Below, piece after piece: positions 49,983-61,924 of a stretch of 64,000 nucleotides of DNA (position 1 is its first letter; each line of letters opens with the position of its first letter). The stretch covers positions 184,698,001 through 184,762,000 of the forward strand of contig OZ024743.1 in assembly GCA_964016885.1 (NCBI GenBank), in the 5' to 3' direction. The translations under genes and the position numbers were made by a program. Below the pieces are notes generated by a model. The model saw nothing but the letters and a program-made list of their open reading frames with translations. It had not been told where the DNA came from and did not search any database. This DNA is from Eledone cirrhosa (Eukaryota).

Positions 49983-51045
49983 TTAATAAACAGAACAAAA
50001 TAATTTTATATATTTCTATCACAATCAGTAAACATTTCCATTTCTAATAAACTGGACATTAAAAAAAATTGTGACAGAAAAATGTTAGATAATGAATAGT
50101 CATGACTGAAGGTACAAGCACCCTAACACCCACATTCCTAGCAAATACTATCTGTTAAATTGTTAGATATAAAGCTATGAATAAAAGGGCTATCACAAAA
50201 TGAATGGCAAAAATGACATTTCTAATAGTTTTCATACATCTGAAATAAAAAGAGCAATATATATAGAGTGCATAATTTTCAAAACATGGGACACTGAGAT
50301 GACATGATAGTTGTGTCTTTCTCATGAGTAATAGCAGAATGAGGAAAAAAAATTAATAAGGAACTGCTACAATCATGAATCAAAAACTGATTATCTCTTA
50401 TGTTCAAATGGTTAGTTTTGGATCATGCACAACAAAACTCCACACATATAATGGAGCAGAAATGGCACAATGTGGTATTCACGCCTTTGCCAAGGGTATT
50501 AATAGTATAAGTAATGTGAAATTAGTTCAATCAGGAGTCAATATCAAGCCATGGACTTGGTTTACTACACCATGGGGTTTGTCAAATAAGAACAGCAATA
50601 ACCAGAACAGACTTAGAATATTCAAGGAAGGGTGGAGAGAATTTCAATTTGAAACAGAGTGTTGGTATGGGTGTGGTGATAACAAAGTTCACTTTGGAAT
50701 CACATGTTTTGGGGTTTATAAATAAAGTACTTCAGCAGGATTTGAACATAGAACCCAGAGAGTCAGAACAAATACCTCAAAGCATTCTTTCTGATGACTG
50801 CCAATTCACTGCCTAATAACTCTGCCAATTTATCACCTAATGTCTTTGCCAATTCACATAAGGAGAAAATATCTCTACTGCCCCCACCTGCTATTTTGGA
50901 GTTGGGATTTCAAAATACTAGGACTAATAACAGTGAAAGGGAAAGAAGCAGAGAAGGTGCAATAACACATCTAACATAAACCAAGCATGGATTATGGTTA
51001 TTTTAAAATGTTATGGAGGGATTTTTTTCTACATATTTTACTCAC

Positions 51046-51087
51046 ACTTGCTGAAATCTCTTCTGACGAATTCACCTCAGTGGCATC
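51046..51087 (-). CDS. Orphan 42-nt exon (DATEVNSSEEISAS), in phase with the 49409-49519 exon
   Basis: Acceptor gttccatcttcAG, donor GTGAGT; phase 0-0. Confidence 0.5.
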
Positions 51088-51257
51088 CTGAAGATGGAAC
51101 CACAAGGGGAATTTAAGACAATCTAGTAGTCACCCTGAGTTTCCAGATACCATTAAAAAATGGAAGCAGGAAACTCAGAGAAGTGATGGAAATGAAAGAC
51201 AGCTTCAAATAAATAATACATGTATTGAGTACTTTTTTCTCTTGTCATTCAATCCCA

Positions 51258-51615
51258 TATATATATTATACACACACACACACATACATATATATATATA
51301 CACATATATATATATTATATATATATATACACATATATATATATTATATATATATACGCACACATATATATATATATATAGATATTAGATATATATACAT
51401 TATATATACACACACACACACACACATATATATATATTAGATATATATACATTATATATATATATACACACATATATATTATATATATATACACACACAC
51501 GCATATTATATATATATACACACATATATATTATATATATATACACACACACACATATACATACACACACACACATATATACACACATACACACATATAT
51601 ATATATATATATATA
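51258..51615. repeat. Compound (TA)/(CA) microsatellite
   Basis: Direct inspection. Confidence 0.93.
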
Positions 51616-51869
51616 ATTTTATTCTAAGTTAAGATTCTATTGGTTTTTTTCCCTGGATTACACAAAATTTGTGGATAAAGTTTCTGTCTCGACTTTTTTT
51701 GAATTGAGATTGAATTATTTTTTCCCATATCTTACGTTAAATATTTACCATCTTGATGTAATAGTCACTTATATGTATGAATTACTGTTGGCTTCTTGCT
51801 CAGATTAATTTCTCTATTTTCATTTATATATATTATATATATATGCACACACAGACATATATATATATA

Positions 51870-53994
51870 TATCATCATCATCATCATCATCATCAGGTTT
51901 AGCGTCCGTGTTCCACGCTTGCATGGGTTTGGACGGGGGTTTTCCCACTTGAGGCAAGAGTGGTTGTCTTGCTCGCATAGGACTGTCTGGCGGGTTTTCT
52001 ACAGTTGGATGCCCTTCCTAACACCAACCACATTTACAGTGTGGGGCTGGGAGGTTTTTACCGTGTTGCCTACACGGCCACATTACAGCGTGGACTGTCT
52101 GGCGGGTTTTCTACAGCTGGATGCCCTTCCTAACACCAACCACATTTACAGTGTGGGGCTGGGAGGTTTTTACCGTGTTGCCTACACGGCCACATTTACA
52201 GCGTGGACTGTGTGTTTTTTGTCGTGACACCTACACAATCTCATTTGTTTCGGCCTGGATGTTGTGGGACCAACATAACTTTACATTGAAAGGGGCGGTG
52301 TGGGTGGGGTGGAGGTGGTGGGACGGGGGTGTGTTTTGATAGAGATGCCTACTGACTGTAGTAGGTTTTTACTTTGTATTTAGGTAAGGCGGGTCTTCTG
52401 TATTACTGAGTACCGCCAAAGGTCTCGGTCCAGTGACATTGTCTTGGAGAGGTGTAAGTGTGTGAGGTCGGAATTTATCAGCTCGTCCCATGTTTTTCTG
52501 GGTCTGCCTACTCCGTGGCTACCGTCTATCTTTATTGCCCTGCACTTTGTTATACAGCTGTCGTCTTTCATGCGCATCACGTGACCGTACCAACATAGCC
52601 TTCTCTCGAGTAAACAACATCTGATCCCTCTTATTTCTAATTTTTTCCTTAGTTCGTTTATGCTTTGCCGTTCACGTATATTACTATTGCACATCCAGCG
52701 GAGCATGCAAGCTTCGTTCCTCTCTAGTCTGCGTATATCCTCTGCACACAATGCCCAGGTCTCACTGCCATGCAGCATTGCTGTTCGTATGCAGGCATCG
52801 TATAACCTGCCTTTCATTTTTAGGGAGAACCCTCTAGCGGCTAATAGTGGTATAAGCTCTCTGAACTTTTTCCATCCAGTTCTGACTCTAGCTACTGTAC
52901 TTTCAGAGCACCCTCCCCCACTGCTGATTTTGTCACCCAGATAACGGAAGCTGTCCACTATTTCTATAGAACCCTCTGCGCAGTTGAAGGAGCTAGTATT
53001 TCGTGGGCACTTGCTGCTACTTATTGCACCAGAGCACCGGCCACATGTAAAATCTATGTTCTTAGTTAGCTTACCTGTGATCCCACTACATCTTTTATGC
53101 ACCCATACTTTGCATTTGGGACATAAAATGGAGTTTCTACCTACGCCTTTCCTACACACTGAGCATGGCCATTTCCCAGATGGGACCGCCGCCTTATTTT
53201 CTTTCCTACAAACTAGAACTTTAGTCTTAGCCAGGTTAATTTTAAGGCCTTTTGATTCTAGGCCGTGCTTCCATGTTTGGAATTTCTTCTCTAGTTCCGC
53301 CATTGATTCAGCTACGAGCGTTAGATCATCTGCATATAGGAGTTCCCATGGGCAGCCGGTCTTGAACTCCTCTGTTATAGCCTGAAGGGCAATAATAAAT
53401 AGTAGGGGGCTAAGAACAGAGCCCTGATGGACACCAACTTTTATGCTAAACTCTTCACTATATTCGTTGTTAATTCTAACCTTACTGACTGTTTCTTTAT
53501 ACATGGCTTGTATAGCTCTCACAAGCCATTCGTCAACACCTAGTTTTCTAAGAGACCACCAGATAATGGAACGGGGGACTCTGTCGAAGGCTTTCTCCAA
53601 GTCGACGAAAGCTAAGTATAGGGGTTTACTTTTAGCTAGGTACTTCTCCTGTAGTTGTCGTACAATGAAAAGAGCGTCTGTGGTACTTTTGCCTGACACA
53701 AACCCGAACTGCATTTCATCTAGATCAATTCTCTCTCTGATTAGTTGCGCTATTACTTTTTCCGTGACCTTCATGACCTGGTCGATTAATTTAATGCCTC
53801 TATAGTTACTCCTATCTAGGGCATCTCCATTTCCCTTATAGCAGTTAACGATGATGCTGCTACGCCATTCCTTCGGAACAACCCCATTCTGTACGACTTG
53901 GTTAACTATCCGGGTGACCATGGTGTGTCCCACCGAACCAGATGCCTTCAGCATCTCAGCAACTATTTCCGAAGGCCCAGCCGCCTTACCCGTC

Positions 53995-53999
<5 letters not shown>
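51870..53999 (-). mobile_element. RTE LINE, 5'-truncated, uninterrupted 539-aa RT-PHD-C-terminal ORF
   Basis: ORF 52380-53999 with all RT motifs. 3' UTR has a 112-bp duplication; (GAT)n tail. Confidence 0.95.
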
Positions 54000-54026
<27 letters not shown>

Positions 54027-54033
<7 letters not shown>

Positions 54034-54925
54034 AATTAGTATATCTACCAACATATATATACAGATGCATACCTATGCTAGCAAATATATAGGTTTTGTC
54101 TTAGTAACTTTGTGGTTCAATGCAAGGGGATGCAGAACAATTATATGAATGAGGTAAAATAAGAAAATTATAAAAATTAACTTACTAAAATTTCACTCCA
54201 ACTAATTAGTTTCTGAAAGGGAATAAACATGGTTTACAAATGATTAACTCGATGTCACGTGATTGATTCTTTTGAATTTGCCACCGACCAAGTAGGCAGT
54301 GATTTTTTCAATGTCTTGGAATTTAGTCCACGCTTGCTTTTTTCCATCCACTGAATTATTTTTGTATAAGTTCCCTGTGTCCACGCACCGCCAGGTATCT
54401 TAGCTGAGAACAGACTTCCTGATGACGAAATGGCTTCTACATGCTTTCCATTTGGAAACCATGTTTATTCCCTTTCAGAAACTAATTAGTTGGAGTGAAA
54501 TTTTAGTAAGTAAGTTAATTTTTATAATTTTCTTATTTTACGTCATTCATATAATTGTTCTGCATCCCCTTACATTGAACCACAAAATTACTAAGACAAA
54601 ACCTATATATTTGCTAGCATAGGTATGCATCTGTGTATATATGTTGGTAGATATACTAATTCTTTATAATTATCTCCAAATTATTTTGTTGAGCAAAACT
54701 TTTCTAAAACTGCTACTATAGTTCATAGTAATGGCTTGGCTACTGTCTTTTTAACACCCACTCCTCACTGATTAACCTCGATGTCACGTGATTGATTCTT
54801 TTGGATTTGCCACCGACCAAGTAGGCAGTGATTTTTTCAATGTCTTGGAATTTAGTCCATGCTTTAGTTGGAGTGAAATTTTAGTAAGTTAATTTTTATA
54901 ATTTTCTTTTTTTACGTCATTCATA
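54027..54925. repeat. Composite inverted plus direct repeat unit with hammerhead-like core
   Basis: 54027-54242 is inverted at 54449-54668. 54242-54330 is directly repeated at 54770-54860, and 54487-54550 at 54865-54925. CTGATGA..GAAA at 54419-54458. Confidence 0.85.
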
Positions 54926-57711
54926 TCATCATCATCATCATCATTTTACGTCCGCTTTTCCCTGCTTGCAAGGGTGGGACGGGTCTTATTCAGCACAGCA
55001 TCTCTCCACTCGTCACGGTCCCTCATCATCTCCACCGTGAGCTTCAATGATCTGAGGTCTGTTCTCACCACCTCCGCCCATGTTTTTCGTGGTCTACCTC
55101 TACCACGTCTTCCTTCAACTGGCATTTCCTGGCACTTCTTCACCCATCGGTCATCCTCCATGCGCATCACATATCCATACCACCTCAGTCTCCTCTCCCG
55201 TACACTACATTCTATCCCTCTCAGACACAGTTTCTCTCTCAACACATTTATGCTGGGTCGTTCACGCACATTTACACTGCACATCCAACGGAGCATGCTT
55301 GCCTCATTTCTCTCCAGCCGTCGCATATCCTCTGCGGTTGCTGCCCATGTCTCACTACCATGCAGCATCGCGCTCCTCACACAGGCATCATACAACCGGC
55401 CTTTCGTATGCAGGGAGAAACCCTTCTTCGTCAACAGAGGAAGCAGCGCCCTAAACTTCTTCCAACCCATCCTTATTCTAGATACTATGGCCTCGGAACA
55501 CCCTCCTCCCATGCTAATCTGATCTCCCAGGTACCGGAAGCTATCCACCACTTCTATAGCGCCCTCTCGCATTTGAAAAATGTGTCTATCAGTGCGACTT
55601 CTACTGTCTAATTTCCCTGTACATCTACTGCATACATATTTCTCCCTACCTGTTAGTTTGCCTGCTATCCCGCTACATCTCTTGTGTACCCATGATCTGC
55701 ATTGTGTGCATTTTATAGAATTTATGCCAGTTCCTTTTCTGCAAATCGAACATGGCCATTTCTCTGACGGAATCAGGGTTTTGTCCTCTTTTCTACTCAT
55801 CAACACTTTTGTCTTAGCTAGATTTACTCTCAGTCCTCTTGCTTCCAACTGCTGTTTCCATAGCTGGAATTTATTCTCTAGCTCCTCTACTGATTCTGCT
55901 ATAAGAGCCAGATCATCAGCATAGAGAAGTTCCCATGGACAGCCAGTCTTAAACTCCTCTGTTATGGCTTGGAGGACTATAATGAACAAGAGCGGGCTGA
56001 GGACTGAACCTTGATGTACTCCTACTTGTATCTGGAATTCCTCACTAAACTCCATTCCTACCCTGACTTTACTGAGAGTACCTCTGTACAAAGTTTGCAC
56101 TGTCCTCACAAGCCATTCCTCAACACCTAGCTTCCTTAGGGACCACCAGATGACAGATCGGGGTACCCTATCAAAGGCCTTCTCTAGGTCAACAAAGGCT
56201 AAGTATAGTGGCTTATTCTTCTCTAAGAACCTCTCTTGCATTTGTCTCACCAAGAAGAGGGCATCTGTTGTACTCTTCCCAGGCACAAAACCAAACTGCA
56301 TCTCATCTAGTTTGACCCTTTCTCTAATTAGTTGTGCTAAAATCCTTTCTGCCACTTTCATAACCTGATCTATCAGTTTTATACCCCTATAATTGCTCCT
56401 CTCCAAAGCATCCCCTTTACCTTTGTAGCAATTTATGAGAATACTGCTGCACCAGTCTTTGGGTATGACACCACCATATATAGCCTGATTGATGATGCGT
56501 GCAACCAGTTTAGTGCCTACGTCCCCTGATGCCTTCAGCATCTCAGCAACTATTCCCGATGGTCCGGCCGCCTTACCATTTTTCATTTCCCTAATCGCCT
56601 CTTGGACCCTATATTCGTCAATCTCAATAGCTGGTCCCTCTGTCGGATCTACCAAGGGTAATTTCTCTCTCTCCCATTCGTTCTCCACATTCATCAGTCT
56701 CTCATAATGACATTTCCAGGCCTCCTTTTTCTGGTCATTCGTGACACTAAGTACACCGGCATCATCCCGGACACATTTATCACCAACAACATCCTGATTT
56801 GCATTGACACACTGCCTTGCAATGTGGAACACCGCACGCCTCTGATCTTCCCGTCGCAAACCTCCTACTCTCTGCCTCCCTGCGTGCTAAGTACACCTGA
56901 CGTCTAGCTTCTCTCTTAGTGGCTGTATATTCTTCCCTACTCCCACCCTTTTTCCAAGCCTTCCATGCTAGTCTTTTGTCTCTAATAGCCTTATCTACTG
57001 TGCTGTTCCACCACCAGGTCACTCTCTGTCTGGTTGGAGCTCTGCTCCAGCCACAGGTTTCATCAGTAGCCTGCAGCAAGTTGTCACATGAGAACTTCCA
57101 GTTATTATCTATGTCATACGTCTCTAAATCGTCTTCTTTTTCGTCATATACATCTTGAAGGGCTTTCCTAAATTTGAATTTTAGTGAAAGGTCTTTTAGC
57201 TTCCAGACCTTTCTTCTCCACACCTTCCTATATGTCTCATTCCATCTCTTGCTTACTGAGATATCACTAACAACTAACCTATGCTGTGGGGTACATTCTT
57301 CCCCAGGGTATGCCTTGGTATTAGACACTATCCGCCTGTCCCGCTGCCTAACTAGCAGGAAGTCAATCTGGCTTATGTGCTCACCAGATTTGTAGGTTAT
57401 TAGGTGATTGGCAGGTTTCTGGAAGTTTGTGTTGCAAATAGTCAATGTACTTGCATCACAAAATTCAAGAAGTCTCACTCCTTCTTCATTTCTTGAACCG
57501 TAACCGTGCCCACCCCAGTGTAACCATCCTGGAGCTGGCCAACATGACCATTGAAGTCTCCTGCTAGCATAACGATGTCTCCGTCCTCTGTCATTGTGGT
57601 TGTTTGCAAAAGTTGCTCATAAAAGCAGTCTTTCTCATCTTTGCCTAGGCCTGCTTGGGGAGCATAGACCGAGATGATTGTCAGTAGTCTCCTACCTACA
57701 ACTAATCTAAG

Positions 57712-57713
<2 letters not shown>
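54925..57713 (-). mobile_element. RTE LINE (distinct subfamily), APE + RT + PHD-like finger, frameshifted, 5'-truncated
   Basis: SVYAPQ, GDFNGHVG, QIDFLL, PQH; 637-aa RT ORF 54946-56859; (GAT)n tail. Confidence 0.95.
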
Positions 57714-57749
<36 letters not shown>

Positions 57750-57890
57750 CTAAGCTCATATATATATATATATACATACATACATACACACACACATATA
57801 TATATATATATACATACATACCACCCTTGCAAGCAGGGAAAAGCGGACGTAAAATGATGATGATACATACACACACACACATACACACAT

Positions 57891-57931
<41 letters not shown>

Positions 57932-58003
57932 ATTTGTGTTGGATTCTTAAAGCGTCCATATGCGGTAGGCTGTATGAGCACTCGCTCTCATAGAGCAGAG
58001 TAT

Positions 58004-60679
58004 GATATCACAGAAAAAAAGAGAATCAGTGTTGCGACGAATGGAATTTATTGGACATATTACAATCGTTTCTGTCGACCAGCTCGAGGCATGATCGATG
58101 TGATGATCGAACCTGACTCTGAAAATCTCAAGGTCCTCAGATACGTCTTGATTCTATGAAGCAGATTTTCCTATGTCCTTTTACATCGATATACTTCGCC
58201 TGTCGGCTTAGATCCTGTTGTTGTCATTCTATGAGTGGTCAAGAATTGTACACGTCATCAGTATTTCTAGCCACTCATGGTTGTCGACTATTTGGTTCTT
58301 TTCATTCTCCACCTGTCAATCAAATTTGTTTCTTAGGTCGGAATTACTACTGTAGTAGGTAAGGGGTTGTATGCTTGAACTGCTGGCGGCACTTTGACGT
58401 CTTCACTGTCTTTAGGCGCCCTCCTCTACACCGATCACGTACACACCCGCAACTGTATTGTATGTGACGATCACTGTAAATAATGCTTGGAGGGAATTTT
58501 TAAATCAAATTAGAAAAATATTAGAAAAATACTTAGCATAACATTTCAAGAACACAGCCTCAGAATACCTTAAAACATACATATTTCAAAAAGAAAAAAA
58601 CAAAAACTCTGTACAAAGAACGTTTTTAAATGAATGCTTGGAACAACCTTTCAAAAAAAGTTATTTCGAAGGCATTTTTGATAAATATACTCATATCTAC
58701 ACTCACACACTGTACTTAAGGAAGTGTGTACTGTTGAGACGCTGCACATATATACACAGATGAAAAAAAGAAAGATCTACACATAGGCATTCATACCCTC
58801 ACACAGACATATGCATACATGTGTGCATGCATATCTGCGTGGACGCGCACACATACTTGATGAATGCCCTCCCATCCGTACACACACGCGCAGCTGTGCA
58901 CACAGTATTATATGGGACAACGTTCTTGAGGCTTGGACCCAACCCGATCATGTGGCGATATAAGCCCGAAAGTGCATGCACAATATGCATAAATGTTATA
59001 GCCGCATAGTATCCTGCCCTAATCACATATAACTTGGGTGGCACATATATATATATATATATATATAAAAGTGCCTGTATGTAAAATAAAATAATATAAT
59101 ATAATATAAAATAAAATGCTAGAAAAAGGAATGTATACATGACGAGGATGCAGAGGGGTCCAGACATTATTGGGGTGTGCGTAAAGTTGCATAAAATACT
59201 TGAGGGCTGTGGTGCATATGGTTATATAATATACATGGGGACTGACTGGTGATCTAAGGTACTGGGTAAGAGCCTGTACATGATGCAGGTCTCATGGTTG
59301 GTGGACACAAGGGGACCTTGCGTGCGTACACAAACAAGTTATATATGTTGTGGATGTGTATAACATCCATTTCATAATAGTATATATGAGATGTACATGT
59401 AGTGGCTGTATACATAGAATACATAGGGTGTGTATATAACCATATGCACCACAGCCCTCAAGTATTTTATGCAACTTTACGCACACCCCAATAATGTCCG
59501 GACCCCCTCTGCATCCTTGTCATGTATACATTCCTTTTTCCACCATTTTATATTTTATTTTATGTACATACAGGCAATTTTTTTATATATATGTGCCACC
59601 CAAATTATATGTGATTAGTGCAGGGATACTATGTAGCTATAACATTTATGCATATTGTGCATGCACTTTCGGGCTTATATCGCCACATGATCGGGTTGGG
59701 TCCAAGCCTCAAGAACGTTGTCCCATATAATACTATGTGTACCATGTGCACAGTTGCACGTGTGTGTATGGATGGGAAGGCATTCATCATGTATGCACTC
59801 TCGATATGAGCGAGTGCAGGTATAAGTATGTATGTGTGTCCATGCAGATATGCATGCGCACGTGTATTCACATATCTGGGTGGATGAAATTGTATGAACA
59901 TGTCTGTGTGAGGGTATGAATGCCTATGTGTAGATCTTTCTTTTTTTCATCTGTGTATATATGTGCAGCGTCTCAACAGTACACACTTCCTTAAGTACAG
60001 TGTGTGAGTGTAGATATGAGTATATTTATCAAAAATGCCTTCGAAATAACTTTTTTTGAAAGGTTGTTCCAAGCATTCATTTAAAAACGTTCTTTGTACA
60101 GAGTTTTTTTGTTTTTTTCTTTTTGAAATATGTATGTTTTAAGGTATTCTAAGGCTGTGTTCTTGAAATGTTATGCTAAGTATTTTTCTAATTTGATTTA
60201 AAAATTCCCTCCAAGCATTATTTACAGTGATCGTCACATACAATACAGTTGCGGGTGTGTACGTGATCGGTGTAGAGGAGGGCGCCTAAAGACAGTGAAG
60301 ACGTCAAAGTGCCGCCAGCAGTTCAAGCATACAACCCCTTACCTACTACAGTAGTAATTCCGACCTAAGAAACAAATTTGATTGACAGGTGGAGAATGAA
60401 AAGAACCAAATAGTCGACAACCATGAGTGGCTAGAAATACTGATGACGTGTACAATTCTTGACCACTCATAGAATGACAACAACAGGATCTAAGCCGACA
60501 GGCGAAGTATATCGATGTAAAAGGACATAGGAAAATCTGCTTCATAGAATCAAGACGTATCTGAGGATCTTGCGATTTTCAGAGTCAGGTTCGATCATGC
60601 CTCGAGCTTGTCGCCAGAGAGATGATTCTAATATGTCCAATAAATTCCATTCGTCACAACACTGATTCTCTTTTTTTCT

Positions 60680-60686
<7 letters not shown>
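58004..60686. repeat. Very large inverted repeat (~1.2-kb arms, 58004-59227 / 59433-60686; ~200-bp spacer)
   Basis: Identical 68-aa ORF on opposite strands (58156+, 60339-). Ends atatcacagaaaaaaagagaatcagtg / cactgattctctttttttctgtgatat. Confidence 0.95.
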
Positions 60687-60741
<55 letters not shown>

Positions 60742-60749
60742 CATATCCA

Positions 60750-60915
60750 TATCATCATCATCATCATCATTTAACATCCATCTTCTACGCTAGCATGGGT
60801 TGGACAAGTTTGTCCCACTTGAGACAAGATTGGTCGGGTGACCATGTCTCGCTCGTACAGAACTGTTTCTGGCAGGTTTACTATGGCTGGATGCCCTTCC
60901 TAACACCAACCGCAT
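60750..60915 (-). mobile_element. RTE-type 3' UTR / SINE tail fragment
   Basis: (CAT)n, gctagcatgggttggac and ggatgcccttcctaacaccaacc shared with the RTE 3' UTRs. Confidence 0.75.
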
Positions 60916-61920
60916 TATATAAGAAGAAAAACGCAAATAAACAGACAGGAGTTGACCAGTGGATAAATGCTAAGGAGGAAAAGACTAGAACTAAGAAAAA
61001 CAAAGACCTTGCAAAAAAAGAAAGCCCAAGTACTCTGTAAGTTCTTCAAAAAAGAGACCTGTTGTCATGGGGAGGTTGGGACAAACTGTGGTTTTGCACA
61101 CCCCAGACTATGCAAGTTGAGCCCAACCTGCTCATGCAAACTACCCAAGACAAAACCAACCAACTCGGTCTGTGACATGCTAATAGTACACATGAAGCAA
61201 CTCAAAATGGTAAAATGTGTCACATATCGACCACCAGGTGTCCCCAGACATGAGGACAAGTTTGAAGATAGCCTCAGAAGGATTGAAGAAGTGCTGATCA
61301 ATTGGGATCAGAGTCCCAACATCCCACTGTTGAGAGATTTCAACCTCCCCAAGGTCAAATGGGACGAAGACCAGCCCCTCTCAGGAATGACGGCACCTGA
61401 ACAAAGGCAGACAGAATCGTTGTTGGACCTTATAAACAGACTCTTCATAGAACAAATTGTACTCCACCCAACAAGAGGTGAGATTATCCTGGATCTCTAC
61501 TTCACAAATAACATGGTGCTCATCCACGATGTGAAAGTGACATCAACAATTTTCTCGGATCATAACTTAGGAGAACTAGGAATGTATAGTCCAAGCAAGA
61601 CTGTAGATATACAACCGACAGGAAACACTCAATCTCTGTCCAGCTTAAACTTCCACAAAGTTAACTGGAAAAGGATTCAGGAGGAGCGACAGTCTCTCTA
61701 TGGAAGATGTCAACAGATAACTTGAACAATTCACGGAAATAATACAAGCCATAAGCTCCAAGTTTGCCTTGGAAAGAAAGGTCAATAGGCACAAGAATAT
61801 TATTCCCAGAGACAGGACAATTCTTATGAGAAGAAGAACAAAAATCTCAAACTGGCTACATACACAAGTAAGGAACAAGATGGAGTCCCATCTGAAGCAG
61901 GCACTATTATAAACTGTCTT
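60916..61920 (+). mobile_element. CR1/L2-group LINE relic: ORF1 CCCH zinc finger joined by deletion to APE endonuclease
   Basis: CKFFKKETCCHG..CGFAHPRLC; YRPP, DFNLP..W, PTRG.IILDL.FTN, SDHN. Confidence 0.8.
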
Positions 61921-61924
61921 AAGC

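Noticed and set aside
58156-58362. Identical 68-aa ORF present twice
   Set aside because: A consequence of the inverted repeat; no coding signature.
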